Origin: Octopus vulgaris
Lineage: Eukaryota
Length of the DNA: 64,000 bases
Reading direction: 5' to 3'
NCBI GenBank assembly: GCA_951406725.2
Contig: OX597816.1
Location: 180,110,001-180,174,000, forward strand
Shown here: positions 13,009-26,383 of the stretch, one piece after another
Position numbering within the stretch: the stretch's first letter is position 1
Layout: the number at the start of each line of letters is the position of its first letter
The notes under the pieces: model-generated
The model's input: only the letters and a program-made list of their open reading frames with translations
Database searches by the model: none
What the model was told of the DNA's origin: nothing
Made by a program: the position numbers and the translations under genes

Positions 13009-14831
13009 AAACAATTATAACCTTTGATTATATCGTATAGATTTTTTCATCGGTAAACATTAGAATGCATCGGCAAAGAATTCTGGATCCACCAATAAAA
13101 GGTACAGAAATCAAAAAATGTAAACGTAAGAAATAAATTATTGATATCGTAAAAACGGATAATTTGTATTTTTGAAGTAAGTGGATAGCAAGAAGTTTTC
13201 TGAGTGGAATTTCATATCTAAAATATGTTTGGTGTTTAGTGTCAGCTATTTGTTATTTAACAAGAAAGGGTAATATCATAATGATTGGAAGAAGTAATGA
13301 TATTTTATTAAAACGTGTGCGGTAAATAATCCATTAAACTTATTGCAGATTATATCGGACGCCACCCGAGCAAAGACGAATTAGCTGTAATAATCATTGT
13401 TGAGGACGTCGGTGAACGTGTAGGCATGTATTAACATTCGATCACATTACCAAATCAATGAAGACCAACTGAAAGTTATGAACGGAAATCATGCTGCAAT
13501 CAAATAACTTTGTGTATCAATACATCTTGATTATATTGCATATTTTCCTCTTTTTTTGTTTTTAGCCACTGGTAAGTCTGACAGATAAAAAAAAATGCTA
13601 TTTAACAACCTTGGCTCTTTTAAAAGATAAAATTTTCTAATAATTAATACCAATTTAATATTTCCAGACTAATTACTCCCTCCCCATCCATCTTCTGCAG
13701 CTTACCCCCCCCCCCCACTTATTTCCTTTCTCTTTGTTTCTTTGATGAGGTAGTTATGGTATTTTTCTCTCGATAATTTGATCTTTTTATACTTTTAATG
13801 TTTTTCTCTTTCTTTTCTTACTGTAAAAATATGTTAATAAAATCAAAATCTAATACCAAAAGAAAAACAAAAATCTCGTATATTTCGGTGAAATTAACGT
13901 CAAAATGAACAACAATGAAACACTGCATTCAAGACATTCATTTGAAAACTAACGGTTATTAATTTTTACGTATTTGATATATGAACTCCGAAATGAAGAA
14001 GAGTGTTTTTCTATTTCTTTGTTTTTAATTTCTTCTTAACCATGATTTATAAGTAGCAAATTTGATATCCAGCTCTAATAGTATTCTGAATCAACATGAT
14101 CGGAAATCTCAAGCAGTGAAACAAGCGAACAAGGAATTGTCGAACTATAACGATTCGTTTAAATATTATTTACGCATTTTTGACCCTTCTCAAATCATCT
14201 GAGTTTTAAAATTTTGAAACCCGCCCCTTCTCCACATAAAAATAAAAATTAATTCCTTACTTTTTAGTTTGATGAACAATGATAAATTGATTGATATGAT
14301 TTAATGAACATGATAAATAAATAAATAAGTTTTTATTATTCAGTTTAATTTGACAGCCTGAGTTCTGAGCAGTAAATAAATGTTTTTTCATATTGAAATG
14401 TTTTATTGTATAATTTAAAATATTTTCACATGTTTCGTTTGTGAAAGAATATCAGTTGACTGAATAATTAGGGTGAAGGACTATCCCAGCCAAGATTCGA
14501 ACGTTCGGCAGTTGTTCACATAAAAGAAAAATGTTTTAGTCCTCTTTTTCAATTAGTTACATAGAAGGGAAATTGATCAAGACCTTCCAAAATTGGTGTG
14601 ATGGATGCATCTGATGTTCAGTTTAAATTTTTTTGGTCAACGTCTATTGAAAAGAGAAGAGAACGTCAACGTGGTCATTCGTTATGCTAAGACTAGCAGC
14701 CAAATCTCTCTCAAATTATACCAGCTATTTTCAGGAAAAACAAAACACCCTTAATAAGCTCCTTGAAGAAATAGATGGGATGCTTCTGACTGGAATAGTT
14801 TTTATCATAGGTTTGCTTCATTTAATTAAAC

Positions 14832-15137
14832 CAGTGGTTCTCAACTTTTTTTTATCTACGGGCCCTTTTGATTACTATTTTAATCTGGTGGACCCCAGAG
14901 CCAGTTATTGTTTAAAAACTAGCTTTAGAGATACTCCTTTCAAAAGCCTCATTTTGTTTATCACACATTTCCTTGCGTAGGCTGAACTATGTAAAACATC
15001 AGAGAAAGAAACCTAGTCGTTTCTTGCAATAAATACATCTAAAGCAAAATCTTTTCATGGACTTATAAAAATACTACTGTGGACCCAATTTACTATTTTG
15101 CTTGTGTGAACTCCCCACAAAATCTTATCACTGGGTT
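14832..15137. mobile_element. hAT/Charlie-type MITE, degenerate
   Basis: Starts with cagtggttctcaac, a typical Charlie TIR, and has internal gtggacccc motifs. The right end is unclear. Confidence 0.5.
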
Positions 15138-16807
15138 AAATAATAAAGACAACAGAGTGGGTTGTATATCTGGATATGAATGATTGGCAAACAATGTTTA
15201 GTGGGGATTTTGAAGGGGTAACACAAAAAGCAGACGTATTAATTCAACCAGAATGCAAGCAGTTTGCTAGTTCAGTGTATCCAGTACTATGTAGACAGGT
15301 AATACCTTGTTGAAAAATTCTACTAACATAAACAAAATATACATTTGCAAGTACCGTGATGTTGTTGTTTAGCTGAACATTGGAACAAGCGTTCAAAATA
15401 TTACGTCCGTTCTTTTTTTTTTTCTTTTTTTCACCCTGAGTCGACCGTTTTACATATTCTCTTTCCGTTTTGAAGCTTCACTTGTTTTAATTTCACGAGG
15501 TGGGTGTTTGTAACTTTTGTATATGATTCCTAGGCAGAGACTCTTTTTTTAACATATTCAATCCATCCTTGTAATGAATATACGGTGATAAAGAAAAATA
15601 CTCACTAACACATATTTTCATTTTCCAGTATGTAAACAGCTTAAAACTTATGGTTTTATTCTGATCTAGTCAACCAGCCATAGGCTTCACTGTACTTGCC
15701 AAAGTAGAAATTCTTTCTGTGATATTCGAGTAACGTGAAAAAAGTGTACAGTTGTTGGCATAGAAAAATAGAATTACTTAGATTGTAACTAATATATAAC
15801 GTAAAAAGATAATAACAGCATTAAAAATAAATAATGGATTGTAACATAGGCGCAAAATCACACGTTGTGTGTGGAATACATAAAATAGTACTTTATTGTT
15901 TCTTCTTTATTTCTGATGAGGAGAGCGAAAGATTATATTTGACCGGGGTGGGATTCGAACTCAATGAAAAATAGTACGACTATTTGCTATAAGGAGTTGA
16001 GATATCCTACGATTCTGCCACTCACTACTTTTGTCAGGAACAAAACTATCAAAACTAAAGTGAAATAATTTCTAAAAATGATATTAGCTCTGCTCAAAAG
16101 CACTCCACGATTGTCTTGGAAGTGATAAAATTGTCAGTGTATAGTGTTTTGAAATTGTAAATTTTTCTGATTCTTAAAATGATTTAAATTATGTATAAAA
16201 TGTAGGGATGAAGACCACAGCACCTCTGAATACTATTATACTTGTTATATACCAATCGCCTTTCCTGTGTTTTGGGTTGTTATCAATTACTTTAATCTTT
16301 ACATCTAGAAGTGAGCAGTCTTAACTACAGAGTGAAATTGAAGATATCTACATTTTTCTGCTCTGGTACGACTACGTTAAGCTCTTTGCTTCCTATGGAG
16401 CATAGGCCACCGACAACTTTTCTTCGTTGTTCTCGACCTGGAATGTGATCTGTTGTTCTCGGCGCTGGAAAGGGCGAGGTTTTATCTCCTCGCTATCGAT
16501 ATAAATAAGAGTGCATTTGGAAAAAGCCAATACAAGAGTTTCTCTCATAGTATCTACCGCATTATAGTTTGTTCTAACAGAACATCTAGATTTAGTGGGG
16601 ATAAGTATTACATCACGGCATTAATACTGCCTCTTTCGATATTTATATATTTATTCGACGGGCTTCAACACAATTTCTGTGTACCAGATATAGCTTTCGT
16701 CACTTTGGAGCTACAGTTGTTGGGAACATAACAGTGAAGCTGAATCCGGCACCACATAGCTGGAAGCAAACTTCTTACCATACAGCAATGCATATATATA
16801 TATGTAT

Positions 16808-18540
16808 ATGCCAGGTATAGATGAGTGTACAAGGGAATGCCTTAAGAAAGGAGGAGTGTCAGTGATTGAATGGATAGTGAGGTTTATGAATGTTTGTTAT
16901 ATGACTGGAAGAGTACCAAAAGACTAGTGCAGAGCCTGAATAGTACCACTGTACAAGGGGAAAGGGGATAAATGTGAGTGTGGAAATTTTAGGGGTATAA
17001 GTATGTTGTGTGCGTGGCTGATAAACTGCATGGGAGAATTCTAACTGTAAGGGGGAGGGACCAGACAGAGAGTGTGCTAGGGGAGGAGCAGCGCGGTTTT
17101 AGGAGTGGAAGGGGGTTTGCAGATAAAATATTTGTAGTAAGGCAGATGTGTGAGAAGTTTTTGGCAAAAGGGAGGGAAGTGTATTGGGCCTTTATGGACC
17201 TAGAGAAGGCATATGACCGTGTGGTTAGGGATGCAATGTGGCAAGCGCTGCGGTTGTATGGAGTAGATGGTAGATTATTGAGAGCTGTTCAGAGTTTTTA
17301 TAGAGAAACTAGGGCGTGTGTTAGGGCGGGTGGTAAAGTAAGTGAGTGGTTGGATGTGAAGGTGGGATTAAGACATGGTTGTGTGATGTCTCCGTGGCTG
17401 CTTTTGTTGCAATACCAATAATAGTACATATTTTGTTTATTTGTATTTTTTAATGTTGAAATATATGGATGGTGTGGTGAGAGAGGTAAATACTAGAACC
17501 TTTGGTAGAGGAGCCCAAATGGTGGGAGAAAATGGAGAGAAATGGCTGGTGAGTCAGTTGCTGTTTGCTGATGATACAGCACTGGTGATGGGTTCGGAAG
17601 AGCAACTGAGGAGAGTGGTGGTAGAGGTTGGAAGAGGGTGTGAGAGGAGGAAACTGGAAGGGAATGTAGCTAAGTGTAAGGTGATGAGATGTTCGAGAGA
17701 TAGAATGGCTGATAGGATGGATATGAGGATAAATGGTGAGGTGTTAGAGGAGGTGAGTGTTTTTAAGCATCTGGGATCACATGTGACGGCGGATGTGGGA
17801 TGGTTGGCTAAGGAAGTGGGATATAGAGTGAGGGAAGGGAGTAAGATACTTGGAGTTTTGAAAGGTTGAGTATGAAAGCGAAAAAAAGTGTGTACGAGGG
17901 TGTAATTGTGCCAACAATGTTATATGGTGCAGAGATAGTGGAGGCGGGTGAGAGAGGCGGAAAGGAAGCGATTAGATGTGTTTGAGCTGAGTTGTCTGAG
18001 GGCTATGGTTGGTGTGACACGGATGGACAGGATAAGTAATGAGGAGGTGCGAAGGCGAGCAGGAATGAGAGAAAAATTAACAACCAAAATGGATAGACGA
18101 ATGTTGAGGTGGTTTGGCCATATGGAGAGGATGGTTGAGAAGCGGATGGTCAGGAGGGTGGTGAAGGCAGAAATGGTAGGCAGTAGAACCAGGGGCAGAC
18201 TTCAGTTTGTGTGAATGGATGGTGTAAGGGTAGTTTTGGTGATTAGAGATGTTGGTGTGTTAGGGGCAAGAGAGTTTATAAATGATAGGAAAGCTTAGAG
18301 TGTTTGTTGACGGATGGGTGAATTTGATGTTGCTCAAAGTGGTACGGAATCAGCAAGATGCGGTGAGGTTAGGGAAACCAACATATGCTGTCGGGCCCAG
18401 TAGTTGATATTGTGGGTTACGTTCTATGCCTTGACCCGAGCATAGAACGGGGCTCGCCTCTTTGAGCTGGGAAATGAATGGAATGGCTCGTGTGTGTCTT
18501 GTTGTGGCTAACCATTCCTAAAAAATAGGGAATAGGCCTG
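16808..18540 (+). mobile_element. 5'-truncated RTE-clade LINE (reverse transcriptase), decayed
   Basis: ORFs at 17008-18214 contain EEQRGFRSGRG, AFMDLEKAYDRV, GLRHGCVMSPWL, QLLFADDTALV, FKHLGS and LRWFGHMERM, with stops and a 55-bp interruption. Confidence 0.92.
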
Positions 18541-18590
<50 letters not shown>

Positions 18591-19049
18591 TATGTACATT
18601 TAAAAAAATATATGTGTGTGTATGTATGTATGTATGTATGTATGTACGTATGTATGTACGTATGTATGTACGTATGTATGTACGTATGCATGTAAACAGG
18701 TAGGTAGGTATGCATGTAAATACGCAATACCAATTAAGCCATGTCCGTATATAAATGGCCACTTATATACAGTACTTGCTCTGTTTTCAGGATTTACGCC
18801 ACTAACTGCAGTTTTAGCATTTTACTACCTATTTTTACTGATTTAATGACAATGCTTATTAGCAAAAGACTAAAGAATGTTAATTGTATAATATCTATAG
18901 TCTCCAAATGTTACATTTGAAATTCTTTTGTTAAAGTACATATTACCTATTGTAATTCAGTACAAGACAACTGAGACAGCCTTCTCACATAAACATTAGG
19001 ACAAAAGTTATGTAAATCGAAATATTATTATATAATTTGACTAATCCAT

Positions 19050-19418
19050 CCATCGATCCCAGTATTCAACTAGTACTTATTTCATCGACCACGCACGGAT
19101 GAAAGGCAAAGTCGACCTCAGCGAAATTTGAACTCACAACGTGAAGACGGACGAAATTCTGCTAACGATGCTAACGGCTCGTCGCCTTAACTGACGTTAT
19201 TATTGATTTCAAATTTTGACACAAGGTCAGCAAGTTCGAGGTAGGTGTTAAGTCGATTACATCGACCCCAGTATTCAACTGGTACTTATTTTATGAACCC
19301 CGAAAGGATGGAAGGCAAAGTCGACCTCGGCAGAATTTGAACTCAGAATGTAAAGATGGAGGAAATGCCGCTAAGCGTTTCGCCGACGTGCTAACGGTTC
19401 TGCCAGTTTGCCACCTTA
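19050..19418 (-). mobile_element. Two family B SINEs
   Basis: Two core copies with heads ending gcctt/acctt at about 19188 and 19418. Confidence 0.85.
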
Positions 19419-20056
19419 ACTGACTTTAGTATTAAAAACAGTATTAATTCTTTTATAGAATAAAGATTTAGTATAATCGATTAATAAAGCGATACATGCA
19501 AACTTTTGTGATTCGAAATTGGCATTCATATATTTTCTAACATTTAAAGACATTTTAACATTATCAGCATGACAATCACTTTTCATGCAGAGCTAAATTC
19601 TCAATTAATTTTGTAACAAACTATGCAAATTGAAATTTTATTTGTATGTTTTTTTAAAAATTTGAATGTATTTTAAAACACAACTTTAATTCTAAAAGAA
19701 CTCCTCAGTATTGATTAAATATTTGTCAATTAAAAGAGATTCCACTATCTTATGTTTGTGAACTTTTGGAAAAAAAAAGTTATAATTAAGTAAGAATGTC
19801 TAGCAACACAAAAACGTCAACAAGATTTTCTTTTTAAAAAGGTGAAAATTATGAATGGAGCGATGTGATTCAAAAAGCGTCGAACAACGGGAACACAGGA
19901 TTTCGGAAATCAAGAATTGGCATTGTTCTAATACATACATACATACATACATACATACATACATACATACATACATACATACATACATACATACATGCAT
20001 GCATGGCATTGTTGTAATACATACATACAGGGCGTTGTTGTAATACATACATACAT

Positions 20057-20462
20057 AGGCGTAGGAGTGGCTGTGTGGTAAGTAGCTTGCTAACCAACCA
20101 CATGGTTCCGGGTTCAGTCCCACTGCGTGGCATCTTGGACAAGTGTCTTCGGCTATAGCCTCGGGCCGACCAAAGCCTTGTGAGTGGATTTGGTAGACGG
20201 AAACTGAAAGAAGCCTGTCGTATATATATGTATGTATGTATGTGTGTGTATATGTTTGTGTGTCTGTGTTTGTCCCTCTAGTATTCCTTGACAACCGATG
20301 CTGGTGTGTTTACGTCCCCGTCACTTAGCGGTTCGGCAAAAGAGACCGATAGAATAAGTACTGGGCTTACAAAGAATAAGTCCCGGGGTCGATTTGCTCG
20401 ACTAAAGGTGGTGCTCCAGCAAGGCCGCAGTCAAATGACTGAAACAAGTAAAAGAGTAAAGA
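20057..20462 (+). mobile_element. Family A SINE, full length
   Basis: tRNA-like head (ggcgtaggagtggctgtgtggtaag...ggttcagtccc), CORE-like cttggacaagtgtcttc, internal TA/TG repeat and (aaagagt) tail. Sits in a CATA array. Confidence 0.92.
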
Positions 20463-20489
20463 GGAAAACATACATACAATCATACATAA

Positions 20490-21082
20490 ATCATGTCCCT
20501 ATGTGACATGACATTGTCACAATATACAATGTCATCTGGAAAAAAGATTGTCCTAGAATAAATGTAGAGAATGCCTCTATAATTGAATACGGATACAAAT
20601 ATTAGCACATTGAATGATGGTAGAATAATCCCATCAAAACATGCGTCAAATGTAAGAGTAACAGGCCGGACATAGTTATTGGCAAAAAAAAAAGTATGTA
20701 CTGTCTCAGAGGTCAGTTGTCTTGCTGATGTGAATATCTTTGAAAATCAAAGAGAAAGAAGATAACTATGGACAGCTTCTTCGAAATCTCCAGCTTTTCT
20801 ATCCAGATTACAAATTTAAGTTTATGCCAATTAGAAATGAAGCACTTGGTTTTGAAGTAACTGTCAGCCTGGATTAGTTTGGATTTTCAGGGGAAGAAAT
20901 CATCCAGCTGATCTACACAATTACAATCTGTAAGCGGAACAGTAAAACTATACAAAATTTTTCTCAAGTTTAAAATGTGACATTGTTTTCGTTATTCCAA
21001 AGATGGAGCTTTGTATCTTAGTTAGAAAGCAGCTCCTTCTTCAGAAGAAGAATTTAAATGATTAAAAATAGAAGCCGTATAC
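20490..21082 (+). mobile_element. R4/Dong-like LINE 3' end (RLE domain and 3' UTR)
   Basis: Decayed frames read PIKTCVKCKSNRPDIVIG...EVSCLADVN. The 3' UTR ends gaagccgtata before (CATA)n, as in the copy at 9479. Confidence 0.85.
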
Positions 21083-21293
21083 ATATACATACATACATAC
21101 ATACATACATACATACATACATACATACATACATACATACATACATACATACGTATATACATACATACACACACACACCATACATACATACATACATACA
21201 TACATACATACATACATACATACATACATACATACATACATACATACATACATACATACATACATACATACATACATACATACATACATACAT
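21083..21293 (+). repeat. (CATA)n microsatellite between two R4-like elements
   Basis: Direct read. Confidence 0.97.
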
Positions 21294-23250
21294 ACCATCT
21301 TGAAATTAAACACAAGGAGTGATTGTATCATCACTGATAGAATACAGTATCGAAGAGGCATATTCCAGGGGCACAACCTCTCTGTGATGTTATTTATATT
21401 TTCTGTAAACCCTTTGCCATTCGTGTTAGGGAAGTCTGGAGGGTATCTCACTGGTTCACAAGGAAACAGAAATATCAAAATTACACACTGTTTCTTTGTA
21501 GATGACTTGAACTGTATGCCTAGAATATGCATCAGATGAAAAAGAGCCTTGACCTAGTTACAACATTCTCAAAGGGTATAAGGTTGGAGTTTGAGCAAGA
21601 AAAATGTTGCTATATCTTTGTGACAAGAGAGAAAACTATAAATCAGACGATCAACATCTCCATCAATGACTTAACTATTTCCCCTATATCTGATGAGGTA
21701 TGTTACAGATATCTAGGAGTGGATGAAAACATATTTTACAATGGCACCTGTAACAAAACACGTGTCACTAAAGAATATTACGGCCGAATAAAGAAAATAT
21801 GGACCTTGTAACTTTCTCATTTCAATAAAACAGTGGCCCACAATGCGTTTGCAGTGCCAGTACTCATACCAACATTTTGGGCTGCTTCATTGGATGCTTG
21901 ATTGAGATCCGAGCCATTGATGTGAAAATCCGGAAGATACTAACAAACACACATAATTTTCATATCAACATTCACGTAGACCGCTTATGTCTAAAACGAA
22001 AATAAGTGGGCAGTGGCTTAAAATCGATCTAGACTGTCGTATCATATCCCTTCGGCAACATCTTTTAACCACCAAGTGTCGAAGTGCAATCTTGACCAAG
22101 TTTGCATTCATGTAGCTGATAACGTCATGAGACTTGGAAAGTAGTTCCATGAGCAGCATTCCTTGTCTGATAACCTTAAATACATGTCCAAAGAACTCGC
22201 ACAACTCTACTGCAACGTATCATCAGATGAAAGGATGGGCGTATATCAGCAGAAGACCATGCATGGATATGTTAGTAGAAAGCTCTGTAATGATAGTAAC
22301 ATCGATCATCAAAACAGTTTATCATGGACCAATAACCGGATTACTACCTCCCACTTTGAAGAATATGCGTTTGCGATCCAGAAACAGGAACTATTAATCA
22401 AATACCTGGTATACAAAAGGGACAGAGACACAGGAAAAGCATCAAAATGTGATCACTGATGCAGACTTTGTGGAGGTAACACCGAAGATAGCAACCGCAC
22501 CTAAAGCTCCACGATACTCCGGCAGGGGGTGGTGGCGACCCCTGTTATACTCTTTCGCCCCAACTTTCTCTCACTCTTTCTTCCTGTTTCTTGTCCCCGA
22601 CTTCCTACGCAACCGCTGAGCCTGGATGCGCATTCATCCATCCGTCGATGCTCTCGGTGTCGGGGGTTGACCTGCTTTCTCTTCTGCGGGTCTTACGAAT
22701 AGCAAAGGACCACGTTTCGGACTTCTCCCACTGCAAGCTCTGGGACGAAGACCGCTTCGCTCAACAAACAAACAAACAAACAAATAGCAACCGCAACATA
22801 AGCAGTTGTCCGAAAATGCCCTCACGGTATTGTCTACCGATGAGACATGGTGCTGAAGCTAGTACAGTGTGTAATGAGATCCGTCGGAAGGATAACTCCG
22901 AGGCCAAAAAAATAAGAACCCACAGCATGGTAGAAGCCATATCCACTCATGATAAAAAGGGTTCTGGTGGAATGTCCCAGCGAAAACCTGAATAACATAA
23001 TACACCTGACATAGTGGTTTGGGATAGAGAAGAGAAACTGTGTACAGGGTGGAAATCAGCTGCCCAGCGGATGTTAACATAAAGCTAGAAATCAACGAAA
23101 AAAAAAATACCTACGTTGAACTATTGAAAAATTTTCAGTTACTCTACCTGGATTACAAGTTCAGGTTTATACCTGTAATTATTCGGGAGCTGGGATATGT
23201 AACACACTTTTTAAAAACCAATTTTGAGAAATTAGGTTTTTCAAAAAAAA
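21294..23250 (+). mobile_element. R4/Dong-like LINE, 5'-truncated (RT, CCHC knuckle, RLE), decayed
   Basis: IQYRRGIFQGHNLS, ITHCFFVDDL, YRYLGVDENI, CRLCGGNTED..NISSCPKM, TPDIVVWDREEKLC, VEISCPADVN...IPVIIRELG. Confidence 0.9.
22500..22783 (+). mobile_element. Short retroposon (SINE 3' part) nested in the R4-like CCHC motif
   Basis: 12-bp TSD atagcaaccgca (22488-22499 and 22784-22795) and a (CAAA)n tail. Removing it restores the LINE reading. Confidence 0.9.
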
Positions 23251-23338
23251 GTGATATTAAATAATACTTATAGTCACAGATGACCGTACATACATACACT
23301 CATGCATAAACATATGGATGCATAGATAACACATATCT

Positions 23339-23343
23339 ATCTC

Positions 23344-23418
<75 letters not shown>

Positions 23419-23432
23419 GTCTATCTATCTAT
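23339..23432 (+). repeat. (TATC)n microsatellite
   Basis: Direct read. Confidence 0.97.
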
Positions 23433-24148
23433 TTAACTGTCTGTCTATATGTCTGCGTATGTGTGTATACATGTATGTGTGTATATGCGTGTGTGTCTGT
23501 GTGCGCGCGCGTTATGAGAGAACAACCGGAAGCAAATTGGTGTTTAGTTTATTTTGTTTCCATTACGACCGTTTCAACGACTGGTAATCAAAATTATTGA
23601 ATAATTATAAATTATAATCAATTATATTGATAGATCGCATCATCAGATGGTACATTGAAATACGAAGAATCTAAACATGCAGCATATATAAATAGGTGCA
23701 TGTATGTCTGTGTTGTAAGAAGCATGGTTCCCAACCAAAGGGTTTCGGGTTCAGTCCCTCTTCGTGTCTCCTATTATGCCCCCGGGGTAACAAACTGCAA
23801 ATTCAAGCGCAGAAGCAAAGCAATGCAAATCAAATGAATGTACACAATGAATATATTAGTTCGACTCTTGGTGAAAGTTTTAGATGGAAAACTCTTCGTC
23901 GGATAGTGGAAGAAAGTCCAGAGAAAGGAAGAAAGCGGAAGGAAAGGATAGTCAAGAGAAAACCATGTGGGTCGCTAGAAGGTAAAAAGAAAATTTTTTA
24001 ATGACTAACCGGCAGCTGGAGAGAGAAAGAACACGTGGATTTCGAAGGCAGAGTCGGGGTGGCTGTTCCAGTACGTCTCCCACACTATCTTCCGCGACAA
24101 GTCCGCGAGGACTATGACACGGTCATTTTCGTTATAGCTGTTGTATCT

Positions 24149-24520
24149 CTTCATCATCATTCATCATTGTTCGACCGTGGTCGAGACAATGGAATTTACC
24201 ATGTTGCGCCAGACTTCACGGTCCATCATAGCATTACGGAGGTCCTGTTGCTAGATGCCTGTATCCCTGGAGATTACATCAGGGTAGGAGAGTGTGCGCC
24301 CTCTGGTGTTGCGAGTAGATGGCTTCCAGAGGAGAAGAGTAGAAATTACTTCTTTTTCAGCTCTACAACAATGTCCAGCAAACTGGACTCTCCTACCTTT
24401 CACAAGAGATGATACAGGTGATAGTTTCCCATATATTTGCATTTTAGTTGGATGGCGCCTCCACGAGAGATTTTGAGCTCTCATAAGGAGGCGAGTGTAG
24501 GTTCCATCCAACCGCCTCTT
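24149..24520 (-). mobile_element. Non-LTR retrotransposon 3' end (RTE/Proto2-like C-terminus) with (ATG)n tail
   Basis: ORF 24251-24553(-) RLDGTYTRLLMRAQNLSWRRHPTKMQIYGKLSPVS...RRVQFAGHC...DTG, with a tgatga tail at about 24150-24168. Clade uncertain. Confidence 0.8.
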
Positions 24521-24671
24521 AAGACATCCTCTAAAATGTTTAATTAATTTCAAGTGTATTTGTTGCTATAAATGCTGACATATTTCTATTGACAAAATTA
24601 ATAAAGTCAAGGGAGATGGCAGGTGGGGAGCACTTATATGAAAGAGAGGGGTGTTGAGTCCAAAAGGTTAT

Positions 24672-25770
24672 GAGCCCATAATATGTATGTGTGTGTATGT
24701 ATGTACGTATGTATGTTTGTATGTATGTATGTATGTATGTATGTATGTATGTATGTATGTATGTATGTATGTATGTGTGAGTATGTATGTATGGATGTAT
24801 GTATGTATGTATGTATGTTTGTATGTATGTATGTATGTATGTATGTATGTTTGTATGTATGTATGTATGTGTGTGTGTATGTATCTATGTATATATGTAT
24901 GTATGTTTGTATGTATGTATGTATGTATGTGTGTATGTATGTATGTATGTATGTGTGTGTATGTGTGTATGTGTGTATGTATGTATGTATGTTTATATGT
25001 ATGTATATATGTATGTATGTATGTGTGTGTGTATGTATATATGTATGTACGTATGTATGTATGTTTGTATGTATGTATGTATGTGTGTGTATGTATGTAT
25101 GTATGTATGTATGTATGTATGTATGTTTGTATGTATGTATGTTTATATGTATGTATGTATGTGTATGTATGTATGTGTGTGTATGTTTGTATGTATGTAT
25201 GTATGTATGTATGTATGTATGTATGTATGTATGTATGTGTGTGTATGTATGTATGTATGTATGTATGTATGTATGTATGTATGTATGTATTTATGCATGC
25301 ATGTATGTATGTATGTATGTATGTATGTATGTATGCATGAATGTATGTATGTATGTATGTATGTATGTATGTATGTATGTATGTATGTATGTATGCATGA
25401 ATGTATGTATGTATGTATGTATGTATGTATGTATGTATGTATGTATGTATGTATGTATGTATTTATGCATGCATGTATGTATGTATGTATGTATGTATGC
25501 ATGAATGTATGTATGTATGTATGTATGTATGGATGTATGCATGTATGTATGTATGTATGGATGTATGCATGTATGTATGTTTGTATGTATGTATGTATGT
25601 ATGTATGTATGCATGAATGTATGTATGCATGAATGTATGTATGTATGTATGTATGTATGTATGTATGTATGTATGTATGTATGTATGTATGTATGTATGT
25701 ATGTATGTATGTATGTATGTATGGATGGATGTATGTTTGTATGTATAGATAGATAGATAGATAGATAATG
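24672..25770 (+). repeat. About 1.1-kb degenerate (TATG)n array grading into (GATA)n
   Basis: Direct read; source of the MYVC/HTYI pseudo-ORFs. Confidence 0.98.
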
Positions 25771-26005
25771 ATAGAGAGAAAGTGAGTGAGAAAGAGAGGG
25801 GAAGGGAAGGAGTGAGAGGCTTGAAATGTGGTGGGAGGGAGCTAGTCGATTACATCGATATACCAGTATTTGACTGTTATTTTGTCAACGCCAAATGGAT
25901 GAAAGGCAAAGTCGACCTCGGCGGAATTTGAAATCCGAGCGCAAAGACAGACGAAATATCACTTAGCATTTTACCGCCTCGCCACCATATATTCATTCTT
26001 ATATC

Positions 26006-26063
<58 letters not shown>

Positions 26064-26325
26064 TTGCCTTTTGCTTCACTCATTAGACTGCAACCATGCT
26101 CTGGTATCGTGAGGAAGAGCTTTAGGCGAACACATCGACGTCGGTACTTTTTAAAGCTTGGTAGTTATTCTATCGGTCACTTTTTGCCGGACTGCTAAGT
26201 TACATGATGTAAACAAACCAACATCGTTCTCAAGCAGTGGTGTAGTTGCGAAGACAAGCACAAACGCACACCCATACATACCCCCCACACAAACATATAG
26301 ATATAGGTTAATAGATAGATATATT

Positions 26326-26383
<58 letters not shown>

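Noticed and set aside
24651-25756. Long ORFs of 229-281 aa (MYVC.../HTYI...), and similar ones at 2079-2946, 10452-10888, 21022-21532 and 50392-50748
   Set aside because: These are translations of (TATG)n/(TA)n/(TG)n microsatellites, which lack stop codons.
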